Shown here: positions 44,904 to 45,555 of the stretch, piece by piece
Position numbering within the stretch: the stretch's first letter is position 1
How the letters are laid out: every line of letters begins with the position of its first letter
NCBI GenBank assembly: GCA_021129895.1
Contig: JAJOKL010000004.1
Location: 1-45,555, forward strand
Length of the DNA: 45,555 bases
Direction: 5' to 3'
Origin: Candidatus Bipolaricaulota bacterium
GTDB taxonomy: Bacteria; Bipolaricaulota; Bipolaricaulia; Bipolaricaulales; Bipolaricaulaceae
The notes under the pieces: generated by a model
Database searches by the model: none
What the model was told of the DNA's origin: nothing
What the model saw: the letters and a program-made list of their open reading frames with translations, nothing else
Program-made: the position numbers and the translations under genes

Positions 44904-44933
44904 ACTGTAACCCTTTTGGTGGCGTAATGTCAA
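44904..44933 (-). promoter_or_regulatory. Candidate sigma-70 promoter of cysK (TTGACA-N18-TACAGT)
   Basis: A consensus TTGACA is on the minus strand at 44933-44928, and TACAGT at 44909-44904. Confidence 0.5.
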
Positions 44934-44974
44934 GTGGCGCGTGTTACACTCGAGGGAAAGGACGGTGGACATCC

Positions 44975-45328
44975 ATGGAACGGTGGCTAGGGGCGATAGC
45001 GCTGACGTTGGTGGTGGGGCTGTTGGCGGCCATCTTGGTGGTGTTGTTGGGGTTGGGGGGCGGGGGGATCCAGATCCGCCTGGCAGGCCCGATCGCGATC
45101 CAAGGGGCGTCCGGACCGCAGGAGCTACAGGTCGTGCTCACCATCCCCGAGGGGGTGAGGGTGGAGGCCGGGGGGGAGGCGCAAGCCACCCTGCGCACCA
45201 GCGTGGAGGGGCCCCCCTGTCCCGCTTGTGAGGACGGGGTTATGGTACCGGTCAAATGGAACCCGTTTACCGGCGAGATCACTTGGCGCTGCACCACCTG
45301 CGGCTACACCCTGGAGGAGCAGGGGTGA
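44975..45328 (+). CDS. Small membrane-anchored protein with a C-terminal zinc-ribbon-like motif
   Basis: From ATG 44975: a TM helix WLGAIALTLVVGLLAAILVVLLGLGG, then CPACEDG...WRCTTCGY (CxxC...CxxC). I recognise no family. Confidence 0.55.
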   Translation: MERWLGAIALTLVVGLLAAILVVLLGLGGGGIQIRLAGPIAIQGASGPQELQVVLTIPEGVRVEAGGEAQATLRTSVEGPPCPACEDGVMVPVKWNPFTGEITWRCTTCGYTLEEQG

Positions 45329-45352
45329 GGGGAGGGAAGGCGCATAACCCGC

Positions 45353-45378
45353 AACCGAGGCAACCGTTGCCTCCGGTT
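45353..45378 (+). terminator. Hairpin downstream of the small zinc-ribbon gene (weak terminator candidate)
   Basis: AACCGAGGCAA-CCG-TTGCCTC(C)CGGTT forms 11 bp with one bulged C. It is followed by GGUUCAGG, a poor U-tract. Confidence 0.3.
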
Positions 45379-45390
45379 GGTTCAGGCCTC

Positions 45391-45420
45391 TTGTCGCGGA
45401 GGCTCACGTCGCGGTATACT
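45391..45420 (+). promoter_or_regulatory. Candidate promoter TTGTCG-N18-TATACT for the gene starting at 45518
   Basis: TTGTCG at 45391-45396 and TATACT at 45415-45420. This is the same N18 spacing as the other candidate promoters in the window. Confidence 0.35.
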
Positions 45421-45517
45421 TTTTCTTGTGATATCGACAGCACAAGGGGGTGATGAGGGAGCCGAGGATTCGTGTGGGGCATCTGATCCGACCTGATTTG
45501 GTAAAAGGAGGAGGCTG

Positions 45518-45555
45518 ATGCGAAGGATGGGCCTGCGCCCGTGGAGCGGAAACAC
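45518..45555 (+). CDS. 5' end of an unidentified CDS running off the window
   Basis: The ATG at 45518 is preceded by AAAAGGAGGAGG. Only 12 codons (MRRMGLRPWSGN) are visible. Confidence 0.3.
   Translation, partial: MRRMGLRPWSGN

Noticed and set aside
44787-44972. 61-aa minus-strand ORF inside the cysK leader
   Set aside because: It starts upstream of the predicted promoter and has no RBS. The region is better explained as a structured untranslated leader.

Overview
This is a high-GC bacterial chromosomal segment, roughly two-thirds G+C by eye. GC-rich shadow ORFs occur on both strands, so calls rest on recognisable protein motifs, start/RBS context and gene overlaps.

Most of the window is housekeeping:
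- polA, ruvC, a YceD-like gene, rplI, murJ
- an Rrf2/DUF59 Fe-S module, dxr, ftsH
- miaA, nnr, tatD, tal, ogt, mraY
- an S9 peptidase, gatA, tRNA-Leu(CAG)
- a Crp/Fnr regulator and a PAS histidine kinase with a receiver
- a multi-component FAD/Fe-S oxidoreductase cluster, and cysK-cysE

I saw no rRNA, CRISPR array, transposase or integrase.

The most system-like unexplained content is an envelope cluster at 11.1-17.8 kb. It holds a subtilase carrying a T9SS/FlgD-type C-terminal sorting domain. That gene is translationally coupled to a PorV/PorQ-like small beta-barrel and followed by a 1288-aa outer-membrane protein made of a propeller plus a barrel ending in Phe.

Other points worth a second look:
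- an ECF sigma operon with a CBM48-type membrane partner and a DUF4384-PEGA-PKD surface protein
- an orphan 438-aa coiled-coil protein
- a block of nested perfect inverted repeats between convergent genes, a possible ncRNA
- a structured about 200-nt cysK leader
- a recurrent TTGnnn-N18-TAnAnT promoter geometry, including four leaderless-type starts

Five genes are broken by frameshifts at homopolymer runs and/or apparent internal deletions: the leuD-ilvE chimera, the PorV-like gene, lnt, an M24 peptidase and an HcnB-like oxidoreductase. This points to either genome decay or assembly/sequencing error, and I cannot tell which from sequence alone.
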